In this document: positions 36,233 to 50,215 of the stretch, in pieces
Position numbering within the stretch: the first letter of the stretch is position 1
Layout: each line of letters starts with the position of its first letter
Assembly: GCA_002633005.1 (NCBI GenBank)
Contig: NMRA01000809.1
Span: forward strand, 15,645 to 79,644
Length of the DNA stretch: 64,000 nt
Direction: 5' to 3'
From: Phoronis australis
Lineage: Eukaryota; Animalia; Phoronida
Position numbers and translations under genes: made by a program
Notes under the pieces: generated by a model
Databases searched by the model: none
Told to the model about the DNA's origin: nothing
What the model saw: the letters and a program-made list of their open reading frames with translations, nothing else

Positions 36233-39200
36233 TTAAGACCCTGTTGTGTGGTGTAGAGCAATTATGCCATTAGCAAATTGAATGCTCTCAAGGCACTGGC
36301 TAAAATAAATTGATGTATCGTGGAATAAAGCTGGTATTTTTGTTAACTGTTTAACTTCTGAAACTGAATTTCTCATAAAAAAGTCAGTCGAAATCATCTT
36401 AACCTGAAGAAATATGATAAAAATTAACCAAAATAGATGCGTTAAGATTTCAATTCTCTGGTACCTGTTGACGAAGGGTTTTCGTAACTCTTTGAACAAT
36501 GGAAGATAATTGAGAAACTGCGGAGTTGAAACCAAATTCCCTACTTGCACACGCTACAAAAATGACTGTTGTGCAATGTTGTTTAGGCCACAATGCCTTT
36601 TAGCATTGATTTTAACAACGCAAAAGTGAAAGCGTGTGTGTTCCAAACATGCTGAACCATAACGTTTGGACACAATACGTTGTTTTCAGCCATAATGGCG
36701 AGTTTGTGCAAGTATTGAATGGGAGGTTTTTGTAATGTTCAGCAACTACATCCATTGCATTTAACACCTGAGAGAAATTTCAGCACCTTCCCAAAACAGC
36801 AAGGTAGATGCTGTTCATGTAATTAATCAAATGTAGTAAACAGAATTTTTTTAGCATTACAATAAAATCTCATGACGGACATGTGAAATTTTAATTTTCA
36901 TTTTTTCTTGAAATATAAGTACAGGGCTCCATGCTTAGCACGATGTCAACTCGCAAAATGTGACAAATTCCCAGGTCACCAAACAGGAACTAAGGTCGTA
37001 AAAACCCGTTGGCAAAAAGAGCCAAAATTGAAATAAACGAGACACCTGAAGTGAAAATTCAGCGAGCTCGGCAACTGTCAGCATTTTTTGCTCGAACCAA
37101 AAATTAGGAGCAACTTGCCCGCTTGTTGATGACCAAATTCCCCCTTCAAGCCCACCTCCTGGAGCAGACGAACACGATTGGGTGCTTCCAATTTTTTCCA
37201 AACCATTCCCACTTCCGTCTGTTTACTTCCCATAGTATTTTGAATGCATGCTTGGATGAGGTGAGGTCTGATTTTTATCGGTTCTCAAAACAAAATCTAA
37301 GTCCCATTGGTGACGACATACAAGTTTTTAAATCGAACCTTGAAGTAGGACCAAAATACATCCTTATCATTTCAATGCGACAATAAACCCGTGATATGCT
37401 CTAGATACAACCCCTTTAGTTAATCAAAAAAAATTGTCTTCTTTCCTAGAATTATGGAAAACGACAAAGCAGCCAGTCTGTTGATTAAGACACAAAACTA
37501 GACTGCCTTTTTTCTTTGCTAGCTTGTATAGATGACCGAGCCCCAAAAAAACTAATTTGAAAATCATGTACGTTCCTAAAACTACATATGTTGCTTATCG
37601 GATGACGTACATTACCTTGCTTTGATTACAATCATTAATTTACTAGTCTAGTCACTTTTTGAGAAAGAAATTAACAGATTCAGATTTCACAGGCTAAAAA
37701 AGACCCAGAGGCTGATTGATAAATGAACCATTGAGAGAATTGAATGTGAATGGTTTTGAGAACATATTGCCGCAGCTGTTTGCAGCTACTCAACTAGCGC
37801 AGTGATCAATTTAACACTTTAACGTTATCACGCTGCTACGCATCAGAAAAGTACCTTAACATATTAATTGTTTCTCGGAAACTGTCAGAAAAATAAAATA
37901 GTTTTATGTGTCGGTGCACACCATTTCACGATCAAAAACAACCATGGCAAATGATAAGATGTTCATTAGTTATTGCCAAGGCGGGTGAATTCAAGTACAC
38001 GCACTCTGGGTATAGTGCCAACTATAATCCGTAGTCAACCACACCTTTATGTCCCACTTTCAGGTCCAAGGTGCCAATACAGGCCGCAGTCACCTGCATA
38101 TTAAACAGGTTGAAGGAAGATTGTGTTTGGTGTACCTTGGTACATTCACACCGTGGGTTTTATCCGGAATACTTACTCTGTCGTCACAAGCATGCTCACA
38201 GGGGGAGTAGACAACAATTCTACCCAGTCCTGTTCTCATCACCAGTCTTTGTGTATTAATTAGAAACAAAACAGTAGTAGCCGAAGGGGTAATAGTCATT
38301 AAAAAAATAAAACAGTCACACATCTTGAGAATTTTTCTCCACTGCATAGCGGGTTTCAAACCCTGTAGGAGACTACAGTCACTGAAGGCGACCTCAAATA
38401 CGGGTCTACGGACTATCAACTGTTGGTAAATAAACATTAACACTCACTAGGGGGTACGTAATCTCACACCTGTAACGGCTGCATTATTAGGCACGCAATA
38501 ATATTACACTGAAAATCTGTCTTCAGATTTTCAATTTTGTGAAGTGCATTGCAGTGTTGCAATCCTTAACTAGGAGTTTCAGGATGGTGACAATGGAATT
38601 GCGTTTCAAAACATAGAAAATGGTGTTCAGAGACACTTCAATACTTCTTTGCAAAGCTACAAATTAATAGCAGACAAGAGCAGAAACTAAGGTGGAACAA
38701 GAAGTTCTGCTAAAAATATTGGAGGAGACGGAGTTATAAGGAGATGGGCCATTACCATGGAGACGGAACAACTCTTCAAGAGCTTGCAGCAACTTCCAGA
38801 AATACCAACAAAACCTCATGGAAAGGCAAATAATATCTAACTTGTTACAACCAGAAGTACGCATTGACACATCCAATGTCAAACTGAAAAAATAGTCCGA
38901 AGTGCAAGTTAACGATGAAAGCATTATCGGGGAATATCCTCATCGAGGAATGACTCGAGTTGCAAAATTCACATCTGGAGTGACATTGGCATAATTAATT
39001 AGAACCAGTGAAATTTAGTTAATTTGAAATTTTTCTTACTATCAGAAAATCATAATTCAAACAAAAATGACCGGTAAAATGGTTGCCTTGCTTTTTGACT
39101 AGCAAAGTGTCTCTGGGCAACAGCAATTAAAAAAACAATCCTGGAATAAATTCCCATGTTCCGTACAATTCATCAAAGATGATGCCTTGGCCTTTTCTGA

Positions 39201-39584
39201 TGTAAAAGTATACAAGTACTGTGGGCAACAGACAAACAACGAAGCTGAGTACTTCACCTGGCCAGATGAAAGCTTATGTTCATCACCTGACCTTTTCTTA
39301 GAATCTTAGAAAGGATTTTTTACATTTCTTAATGATTCTTTAATACAGTTAATGTTGATTACAGTGTTTCAAAAAGAAACTTTTCAGTAGGACTCATTCG
39401 ATTAATTATACATAGGCGTATTAAATGCTGGTGATCTTTTATGAAATTTGATCCTGCAACAAGAGTAAAATAAAAAGGCTGTGGGAAACGGACCAAACTA
39501 AAATTACGTGTGAAATACATTAAAACACGGTCAGTTCTTCTGGTGTGTATATGACCAATAAATAACTGAAGAAGGCAACCTTGC

Positions 39585-39821
39585 GACATGCGGCAAACAA
39601 TTTTGTTTGTAGCAAACCAGCTGAAATGTTTGCAGGAGTTTGCCGCTACCCGCAACTTAGCCGCACACATTGCCACAACCTTGCTGCAAACGCTGAAGTT
39701 TGCGGAAAGACTGCTGCAAACTTAATCGATGAAAAAGTGTTTGCAGGAAAGTTGCAGGAAACTTTACTGATGAAAAAGTGTTTGCGGAAAAGTTGCAGGA
39801 AACTTTATTGATGAAAAAGTG
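39585..39821. repeat. Repeat built from ttgcggcaa / tgcaggaaa motifs with a tandem unit of about 40 bp
   Basis: gatgaaaaagtgtttgc(a)ggaaagttgcaggaaacttta repeated about 2.4 times at 39728-39821; related sequence at 43195-43400. Confidence 0.7.
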
Positions 39822-40885
39822 TAATTAAGTGGAAAATATGTCTAGGATAACCAACCAACCTTATTTTAGCTCAAAATGACATGGAAAAAGGTTGCCTTCG
39901 CCTTTAAGTCGCACTTTCGGATGAGTCGGTCAACTTTTGAAGTTAGTTTTTGTGTTGCAGAACCATAATGGGTTCATATGTTGCAAACATGAAGCCTTCG
40001 CAAGACGCCATCTCGGAAATCTAAGCGAACATGCTCTCGAGGTTGTTTGCCAGCGCTCGCGAGTGCTAACGTAACCACAGCTGCTAAGGACGAGGGCGCT
40101 CAAATCGCTCGCGGGCGCTCACTCCATTGAACACGCTTCTGGGCAGTTACCTACGTTAGATAAGTTACCTAAATGTGACCTACTATTGGGTAAGTTACTT
40201 TGTTAAAAACAGCAAATGCTCAAAGATACCTAAATGTGACCCAAAACACTAGAGAATACAACCGCATCTGCATGTACTTTGTTTTTTATTCAGTCACTAT
40301 ACTTAACAAATTTTCAACTTTCATACTGCTGTCAAAGTAAGTATAGCAAAATATTAAATGCAATTGCTTTAACATAACAAAGGCAGTGTTACAACAAACA
40401 TAATAAATATCAATACAAACCATACACAAATATGTGATCCAATTTAACCAAATGTGCAATTATTAGCATTTAGAGCAATTTGTACTTATCCAACATTTAA
40501 AATTATCTCATAATCAGGTGGTAGCAGCCACTGTAGCTACAGTAAAATTTTGTCTATTTCAGACAAAAATAATTGTCAAAAATTACTCACTTTGATTTTT
40601 CAATGGCAATTTTAGCATTGTTGTGAAGACTCACAAGTTTTCAAAATATTGTCCGTCAGCAGCTATGGTATGGACTTGGATATGACTCGGGATTCTTGTG
40701 GTACTGCACATTATTTATGAAAAAATAAGAAAATCAAATTTCACTAGTGGACCCTTACATTAATGTTTTATGCCTTTAAGGTTGTTGATTGTTTATTTTA
40801 ATTACGCTACCCCAGTTACATGTTAAACTGCTAGGACTGTTATCAAGGAATGCCTCTTGGAATACATTAATGTTGAATGCCTCTA

Positions 40886-41316
40886 GAGTCCCATTTAGAC
40901 TTCAAGTTTTGGCCCCGCGCAACTGTCACTGACACGGAGCAAATTGATCAGTGTCAAGCGTTCGTTTACACACACAACTCACTAACTGTGGCAAGACGGA
41001 AATTGCAGGCTGGAGAGACTGGATCGCACAAGCGCAGGTTTACAAATGACAAGAGTTGCGGAGACAAAGAACCCGTATGTTGGTCATTAGGCAAGCACAG
41101 TAGAGATGATCCTTTCCGCCTTGCTCCAGTTGCGCGTTTAGACTTATAATTGACACGGAACAAGATGTTCCAGCGCAAATTGCTCTACCTACCAAACGGG
41201 TGGCAAAAGTTGTCACCGCTGTGTCAATTTGTTTCGTGTCAGTGCAGTTTAAACACTGGAACAACTTGTTCTGTGTTAGCTGATCTGTGTCAACTTTTGT
41301 AGTGTAAATGGGACTT
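40886..41316. mobile_element. MITE family B
   Basis: TIRs gagtcccatttagact / agtgtaaatgggactt; subterminal inverted motifs cactgacacggagcaaattga / tcaatttgtttcgtgtcagtg. Confidence 0.72.
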
Positions 41317-42654
41317 AGGGCTGTTGATTGTTTACTAAATTATGCTAGCCCAGATACATTTTGAACAAGGAAAGCATGTGGTTGTCAAGGTTACATGCCT
41401 GGGAAGTGACCTAAGCTTGCATTTTAACCATTTTCAAACAGTTTTGGTACAGCATAGACTACATGGATAACTGAAGAACTGTATGGATGTGAGTTTTGAT
41501 TTTGAAATTGCATTTATGTTGATGTGCTTAAGAACATTACTGATTCAGCCAAATTGGAGGTTATAATGGTTAAGGAAAAGTACAGCACAGATTTCAAAAT
41601 GAGTTGGGGTTGAGACCAGAACCAACTAGTTTCCAAACATTTTAAGTTACATGTAACTAGACCTTCTAATTAATCACTTTATTGAGACTGTAAAACTTAA
41701 TTTTGTGTCAATTTTCATATCACTCGCTGACTGTTTGATTCACAGTAGGGAACAACAAACTTTTATTGTGGTTTAATGCATGGCAACTATTGGGCACAAA
41801 ATAAGATTTGCATATATTGTATATTTATTATTAACTACCGGTAGATGTTTTAACTGCCATCAACTTCAGTCATACATCAGTTCTCAGTCTCTGCAGTCAT
41901 ACTGGTTAATTGAACACAAGTTCAACTGTCTGTTCATACATGAGCAAGAGCAAATTTTGGCTAAAAATGTAATTGAGATTCTAATATTGCTATCACAAAT
42001 GCCTTTTTGTGGAAAGTGAAATAGCATTCATATTTTAGGTTTATGAATATTGAATGACATAATGTACCTGATGAAAGCCAGACACACTGCAGAGGTTACA
42101 AGGCAACAAGTTTGAGTTGAAAACACCGGAACAAATGGCATACACAGCATCTCAAGGTTGGTTAGAATACACAAGGAAGAAAAGTGGAGGATGGTCCCAT
42201 TATCCCTATGGAACACCACTGATTGCTGTAATGCAGATTAGTCTGGAGAGTAGAATGTGCTTAGAACATCTACTAGTATGACTACAACTGGATAACCTCT
42301 GTAGTTGTTCTTTTCAACACCATGGTAATATTGTAGAATGGAAAGGTATAATTTATGTTTGATGCCTTAGATAAATAAATGTTGCTGCTGGATGATATCC
42401 CTACAGTCGAAATATTGCTAATTTCAACATACAAGTTCAATAATAACCTTTCAGTAGACTGATGTTTCATGAAACCATATAGGGAAGCAAAAATAGTAAT
42501 CAATGAAGTATGAGACAGTTTTCAAGTATTTTAGATGAAAAAATAAATATGTTTATAATTGTTGAGACTGATTTTTTTCAGTTGACAAGTAATGAGGTAA
42601 TTTAAAATAAAATACTTAAATATGCGCGACCTGCTGTTCTAAGTATGCCTTTCC

Positions 42655-42790
42655 ACGGAGGGAGAGTCTGATTTCATGGTTTTCTCCAATGGCATTCGAC
42701 ATATATTGCGCCATTTTCAATGCTAATAAACACTCCGTTGGCGGCACAGCTGTGGGTGCATTTCAACGCTCTGAGTTGCTGGTGTTCGTT
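42655..42790 (+). mobile_element. 3' fragment of the HINE-like family
   Basis: gccattttc...gtgggtgcatttcaacgctctgagttgct matches the 3' end at 9823-9910; another fragment lies at about 28190-28270. Confidence 0.65.
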
Positions 42791-44415
42791 TAGGTATATA
42801 ATATCATTGTTACAATTACCATAGATTTAGTTGCGCAGAGGACCATGCTGGATATTAGCCTTTGGCTAAAGCCTGTTTTGCATTTATTGTATTTTTATCC
42901 TCTTTATTATTATCATTATTATTATATAAAACATCTTGGTACATTGTAATTAAGGCTTGCACACATTCAAGTTGTTCTCTTTAGACACAATTTTGATTGT
43001 AATACAAGTATTATTACTAATTGCCACTGTAGACACTTTTATAGTTTCTGTTATTCATTGTCATGTGATTTAGGTTTCATTTCTAGTCATTATACACAAG
43101 ATTGAAAACTATCATGTTAAATCCAGTATGCAGCTGATTCTGTAGTTTCTTGTTTTAACATTAAATTATTCATGCCACAATTCAAGTATGTTGTAGTCTT
43201 GCAGCAATTTTTTTTCAGGTGGTTCGCAGAAACTTCTATATAACCCCATGAAGATGTTTGCGGCAAGCTTGCAGCAATGTTTGTGGCGAGGTTGCAGGAA
43301 CTTTGCATCCACTCTTTGGTCAGAGATGATTCCATGTGTTTGCGTCTGATTTGCAGAAACTTTTGCAGCAAGCTTGTGGCAATTGTTTGCAGGAAGGCCT
43401 TATACAGTTGCCATGTTATAACATTTTAAAACAGAGTTCACAGAACCTATAATCGGCTGCACTAACATGTGCTGTTCATGACTCATCTGACCTTGTGTTT
43501 CAGTTAGAACAAGTTTCTCAAGTATGAAGGGACATCAAAGGTCAGTTTCACTTTCAGACCATTGAGTAGTTAAGACCTTTCAGTTCCTGAATACATACAG
43601 TATCTAGCACTCCTTTACTTTGTTTATATCTCCCCACCGGTTGTCCATTTCCTGAAAAGCCGACTTTGGTCCTACACTACACATAACTATTTCTGAAAAA
43701 TAATAAATCTCACTTGAGCACAAGTTATTCAGATAATTTATAGATTGTGATGCCTTCATAAATAATTGACTTAACTTTTTTCAGCAATTCGAAGCGGGAG
43801 AGTAAGACCAAATTTGTCATTTTCATGAAACAGACTTCTGGTGACAATAAACAGAAAGTTTGACTCTGACCCTAATTATTTAGTAAGTACAAAAAATTGG
43901 GTATTTATAATTAGTTGATGGTAACTAACTTATGAAGTGCTGTGTACACAACATTGTATCAAAACAACTGTCACCAACAAAAGGGTCCTTAGCTATCAAG
44001 GAAACATTCAGCTTAAAACTATTTAGCCATGAGAAAGTACAAGACCCTTTATAACCAAGATTAAATATCGTAACTAAAAAGCACTTTGAGTGTGCTCTAT
44101 CGAACCATCATACCTGAAGGTACACCATAAGGCCACAGCACTCAAATTAATTGCTAGGTAAGCACAACTGAAAATGTCAAATTAACCTCCAAGGCTCCAA
44201 CTCGCACATTTGTAAAGAGTGTTTTACTCTGCTATTGCAGCACCACAAGCACGAGCAAACCATTTTCACTGAATAGATGGAAAATAGATTATTTGATTGC
44301 CTCCCATCTAAGAGGCAACAGCCATATGGGCAGCGGGCAATGCAATTTTTTTTCAAACAAAGATCAAACCTTCTTTGTATTATTTGATGCTATTTAACAA
44401 ACCAATCCTTAAAAT

Positions 44416-45730
44416 AACAAGAGCAACGCGGAGCGATGAAATGCACCCACGAATGCACTGCAAACGGTGTGCTTCTATAGTGTTTATTTGCATCATAAAA
44501 ATGGCCACTAGATAGTGCAAAATATTTCGAATTCTTCAAAAAACTGGAAAATGTCACCATTTTTTAACAGAAAGCTATTTACCACATTTCATGAAAATCC
44601 ATCAAGAAACTTAAGCACAACGGAAAAAATAAAATTGCCACTAGGGAACAAAGGTTAATCGGATCCATCTGAAAGTTGTCGTCTTCTGTTGTCAATGTCA
44701 TATACTGTTAAATACACTTGCTAAATTTAATAAACATTCTGTAGAGGACTTAGGAGATACAGCCATGGGCGCAAAAACAAACAAAACTGCTACTAGGAGG
44801 CACTACAGTAGGCGAAGTCGTCGGAAAATCATCGTCAACTGTCCTCTTCATAGTGAGAACACACATGCCAATTTTCACAATCATCCTTAAAGTGGTTCAT
44901 GTGATGGCGGGACAGACGCCAAAAAAGACTTGAAAACAGTACAAATGCCTGCTAGGTGGCACAAAATACCTTGAATCCATCGGAAAACAGGAGGATAGCG
45001 TCATCTCATTAAGAGATGCCTATGTGCCAATTTTATAGAAATCCACCGAGGATCTTTGAAGATACAGAGATAAACATAAAAAAATAAAATTGCCACTAGG
45101 GGACACACCTGTAGCCCGATCTTTCTGAAAGTCGTCGTCGTCCGTTGTCAACTTCATATAAACACATCTGCTACATTTAATAACGATCCTTTAGAGCGTT
45201 TAAGAGATACAGTCATGGGCGTAAAAACAAACAAAACTGCCACTAGAAGGCACCACAGCAGTTGAAGTAGTCAGAAAATCATTGTCAGCCAAGAATATAC
45301 ATGCCAATTCTCGCGATCATCCTTAGAGTGGTTTGGGTGACAGAGTGGCGGACGCCAAAGAAACGGACTCGAAAATATTAAAGTAAAAATGGCCACGAGA
45401 TGGTGCAAAATGCCTTGAATACATCCGAAAACGGGAGGATAGCGTCATCTCATTAATAGATGCCTATGTGCTAAATTTCATGAAAATCGGTTGAGGACCT
45501 TTAAAGATACAGAGGTAAACGTAAAAAACTAAAATTGCCACTAGGGGGCAAAATGGTATTCGGGTCGGTACGAATTCCGAAACCCGTCGTCCTCTGTCGT
45601 CAACCCCATAGGAATACACGTGCCAAATTTCAATAAGATCTTTCAAGGGATTTAGGAGATACAGCCGTGGACGCTATAAGCCGCACGACCAGACAGGGAT
45701 GACGGCAATATAAATATATGGGTTCATAAA
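44416..45730 (-). mobile_element. Full-length HINE/DINE-1-like element
   Basis: aacaagagcaacgcggagcgatgaaatgcacccac terminus; aattgccactaggg at about 44633, 45089 and 45534 (period about 450 bp); collinear with 16597-17912. Confidence 0.75.
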
Positions 45731-46594
45731 ACTGAGTCTTACTTAGCTAATTCAAACTATTTCATGAATTCAATCCTGTTTGGAAAATCCAGTGCATCTA
45801 AACAATCTTACGTTGTCTCTAAGAATCGATCCTGTTTCGCAGACGCACTGAACACTTGTAAATTGTGCGAGTTTTGAAAATTCAATCCTGTAGACAATTA
45901 ACAAAGCTAAAATATGAAGATTCAATATTTTGTGGTTGGAGAATAAAACTTGATTGTCACATGACTAAAGTAATTGGTGGGGTGCATTTTTCAATTTTCT
46001 TCTATAGATTTGGGAGGCATTTTCACTACTGTGGTATGAATTTGGTGTGTCAGTTCAGATTCAGTGGATATCAAAGTATGATGGGAGATCACTATTGCTT
46101 GGTATAATTTTGGTCTCATAATACTCTCCACAGTTTAAATGTTGACTCATTTTGATGATGAACAATTTTGTGACCTGTTGGCAGCATTTCATCAACCATT
46201 CAAATAATCTACACAGGGCAACAAAGAAGTTTAAGTTAGGACATACAAGCAATAGCAAAGAGATGACCAAATTCAAAAGTTTACTTAGTAGACATAATAA
46301 AATGGAATGTTAGTGTTTGGGGACTGTTGGAAGTGTACAGATTTTCTCAATGTTTTATCTCATGATACAAGGTCTTCATTAATTGTTTTATGGCCAAAAA
46401 TGCATTTTTGGGATTACAGTTAGATGACATTTTTGAAGTTATTAGCTTTGACCAGAGCCACAAAACGATAAAATATGTTTTTTCTGATTTCATTACCGTA
46501 CTAACCGCCAATTGTCACCACTGTCTGCCAGACACTCGCCAAAATCAAGGCTGGTGACTTGACCACTTAACTGTGTTCAAAATAGTCATGTGAG

Positions 46595-46665
46595 AACTAG
46601 CTCAGCTAGCAGAGCACATAGGTGTCGCTAATGTTCCTGGTTCAAATCCAGGCTGGGCTGTTTTC
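46595..46665 (+). mobile_element. tRNA-derived SINE head / pseudo-tRNA
   Basis: A-box-like tagctcagctagcagagc and B box ggttcaaatcc within a cctgg/ccagg T-arm; no intact cloverleaf. Confidence 0.55.
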
Positions 46666-47020
46666 AGAAAATCATTTTCCCGCCAATAACATCACTTTAC
46701 AGAATCAGTAGAAGATTGAACTACACCAAGAATTTGCACATAAGCGCAGTTACACTAGTGCACATCAGGACTTGGAATGACCAATGACAAAAAAGAGGAA
46801 AATTTTCCAGGTGATGTATCGTACCACAAATAACTAGGCTTCTGTGATAGAAATATTTTTTATGTTGTAAAATTGAACTGAAACAAACGTTTTTGCATGA
46901 ATAAAGTCAACATAATGATAAAAACAGACAAGAAAGAGGAAACTGGAAATCAAACCAAAAAAGAGGAAATCCCCTTAAAAGAGGAAAATTCCAAGCCTTG
47001 GCACATGCTGGAATACTCAC

Positions 47021-47493
47021 CACGGTGACGGCATCATTGAGAAGAGATTCCCCAAATATGATGATATGTAAGACTTCATTGACGTGAATCTCTTCGAAAA
47101 CCGCGAGCACTGCAACAGGATCCACGGCCGATATCAGGCTGCTGAAGACTGAACAGTGTACAAAACTAACAGTACCGTTCTCGTTGAACCAATCACCAGA
47201 CAAGGATAATCCGTACAGCGAGGCACTAATAGTAAGGGTGTTGAAAATTGTGCCGGCAACAGCAAAAAGAAGGATGGTGCCAATGTTGTCAAAGAACGCC
47301 CGGTTGGGCATGAAGTAACCTGCCTCGAGGACAATAGGGGGCAGGAGGTAGTAGAAGAAGGTGTCGGCACTCAGTGTGTAGTCTTCTGCAGTCGTGCCAG
47401 TGGCGAACAGGATTCCTCCAACAAGCACACCGAGGATAATAAGCATACAGCTCTCGGGGAAGATGGATGACAGTTTATTGTAAAGATGAAAAC
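47021..47493 (-). CDS. SLC9A3-like: Na+/H+ exchanger (SLC9A1-5 clade), transmembrane exon (probable exon 2)
   Basis: Acceptor ttttcag, donor gtgagt. Encodes [22 protein letters not shown]...[34 protein letters not shown]...[38 protein letters not shown], with the canonical CPA1/NHE motifs. The exact vertebrate orthologue cannot be assigned. Confidence 0.96.
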
Positions 47494-48157
47494 CTGAAAA
47501 TAGATGAATAGCAGTGAGTCCGTGGAGTGTTTCCAACACTTTCTTTGAGATTGCAATCTCCACTGGTTGAAAAAGAATGTAACGATTACTAGACTGAGTA
47601 CTTAAAAAGTACACGTAGTATTTAAAACCATGCAGATATGCCTTGAAATACACTCGTCATTCAGACAAGCAAACGATTTAACACCTGGCTGCTCTCAAGA
47701 TCTCAGGGAAAGAAGGTGCTTTTGCAGAGACAACTGATGTGAAATGCTGCCCACGGTCTGGAGAACAATAACCCACCAAGACAGGAAACCAAAGTACCTA
47801 GCATTTTACCACTACAACCCATCCCTAAGCAACTGTTAGTGTAAATGCCCAGGACCAGTCCATAAGGTCAGAAGACCATCTCCCTGTCAGCAGTTATGAA
47901 TCTCAGTCTTGCAGCAAAAAGGAATCATTTTATATTTCATACCATGAATTGTGAATAATTCATATTAGAGGCAATGTTTTCATATTAACAAATAATTAAA
48001 ATCTCTATAACCGACCCTCACCAAACTTCAAAAGTTTGGAACAAATTTGAAAAGTCCTGATAAATGATGCTACATCAGTAAGCAAGAGACTTGACGCAAA
48101 TTAATGAACAGCTCTGAGAAAAGACCAACCACTTCAAAGTGCAAAGATCCACTAATA

Positions 48158-48595
48158 CCCCGTTCACAAATTGGCTGAAATGCTACCGCTGTCACTAGCA
48201 CTATTGTTAGTAGCAAAATTGCCAGACAATTTATTGTGAATGGTAACAAGTGTCACTTTTGCAAGCATTTTGCTTGCAGTTTGAGTTACCCAAAACTGCT
48301 GGCATTTTGCTAGCACTTTTGTAGCCACACGTGCTTAATCAAAGTACACAAAACAAATAGGGGTGAGAGGCCTTTTTATAATCGCATTAATGAAGAGAGT
48401 GAATGTGTTTTTACACCAGTTTTCACTTTGACTGGATAAAATGTGAGAAACAAACTAACTGAAAATGACCCTTTTGCAGCCACCTGGTTTACCTGGTCTA
48501 TCTAGCAAAATGCTAGCTTTTGCTAGTGTTTTTGAGTGTTTTTGGAAGTGTTTTTGCCAGTGAAACTGCAAACGTTTTCACCACTCATGTGAAAC
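48158..48595. repeat. Dispersed repeat with gcattttgctagca motifs
   Basis: Collinear with about 55370-55760 (acaag..gtcacttttgca, aaaactg.tgg, gaaaatgacc, ttttc.ccactc.tg). Confidence 0.6.
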
Positions 48596-48860
48596 TTAAG
48601 TATTTGAGACACAGTAAGGAAGTGTAGACGCTAAAAATAGTTAATCTCTCAGGGGAAGTACTCAACGTACTACAATACAACTGTCACCAAAACAGAGTTT
48701 TTAAGTATATCACAATTTTCGAAGGGTTCATAATTCACTATTTTAACACAGCAATGCGAAATATTATCAGAAATGTTCTGCTTCCTGTCAGACAGGGAAA
48801 AAATTCACATTCGTGTTCTTTTTAATTAAATCAGTTTTTGGCCACAGTTAAGATTAAAAA

Positions 48861-48950
48861 CCGGATGATTGCCGCACAAATAAAAAAGTTCATGTTCAAT
48901 TCAACGTTGAATTGAACATGAACTTTTTTATTTGTGCGGCGATCGTCCGG
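48861..48950. repeat. 90-bp near-perfect loopless palindrome
   Basis: Centre caacgttg; only two transition mismatches, in the outer arms. Confidence 0.92.
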
Positions 48951-50215
48951 TGTTCTTTTTAGGCACAGTAGTGACCGAGTTTAAGGGTCATGTGAACTTT
49001 ACACAACTGTTTCTAGGCAACTCAATAATTGGTCTTAACAGCTTCAATAACTATTATAACTGACTGCAATGATGACTTCATTATGTTGCTGATGGAAAAT
49101 TGAATAGAGGAGGGAAACAAGTCTGGCTATTGCAATATCTGTGCAGTCCTACGCTACAAACATGGCAATAGTTGAAAACAAGAGAAACGATTCTTCATGG
49201 TGAAATACCCAGCATTTTCTGATAAAAATACTCATTAAAAAGCCCATGGTTCTCCAAATAGCAGTCAGCAGTGGCAACCTGTATGCTTCCAAAAATAGAT
49301 ATTTTTTCTGTGAATTTGTTAATGATACAAGTAGGTTTTTGTGGAATTTTGACATTGAAATGTCATAATTGATCACACCTTCTAAGCTGAAGACCGAATA
49401 CCAATGTCTTTGCCTTTCTGAAAGGGCCAAAACCTAGACATTGATATGGATTCATTTTTGAGCAAAGCGTAGAAGCATAAATATTTTCGTCAAACCAAGT
49501 ATCAGTATTGGTGCCTTGTTAAAAAGCAAACTGTAGCAATCCTCAAATTGCGACAATTTGTGGTTTGTATGGTTTCACAAAACTGTCCTCAATTATTTGT
49601 GCACAAAGCATAAATTGTCATAAAACGCAATTGGGTATTGGGTACGGCAAGTTTTCAGAGTATTGGGGGATGGATGGTGGTGCACCCCCCCCCCTCCATC
49701 AATGTAGTTAATGACTGAGGAAGAGGCGAAACTCAAGGAGAACATAGGGACAAGATTATATCCCCTGCACGCCACAACATTGAAGAGAATGGCATTGTGG
49801 GGAATAACTGTGACGAACGAAAGACGAGTGTGAAGGCTGATTGGATGTGATTGACTTCCAAATAAATAAAGACATGGCAACAATGTAAAAACAAATGTCC
49901 ATTGATAATGAATATTAACATGTAGAATGCAAATGATTGTCGTATTGTCGTCTGCCAGTCACGTGGTATGACACGTACTGCATTTACTCACATAGCTTAG
50001 AACTGTTATTTTTAACATCGTTGCAGGTTGTTTCAGAAATTCGACAACTTGTACTCTTAAGATGAGCAAATTGAAGGTTACAACAGTTAGTGTTACTTCA
50101 CAAATCACTAAATATCACAGTTTGGCCATCCCAGATGTTGACTAACTACGGCAATTTGAGAGTAACAGCAGTTTCTGCACTTGCGACAACTTGTGGTCTA
50201 ATAACGGCATCTTAA

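Noticed and set aside
38035-38250. Possible SINE body or ncRNA
   Set aside because: More GC-balanced than its flanks, but I could not verify boxes, a TSD or a second copy.
44416-45730. Regularly recurring gccactagg motifs as a CRISPR-like array
   Set aside because: The spacers are homologous to each other, the context is a eukaryotic intron, and there are no cas genes.
46595-46665. Functional tRNA gene
   Set aside because: Only A/B boxes and the T-arm are recognisable; the anticodon arm is degenerate.
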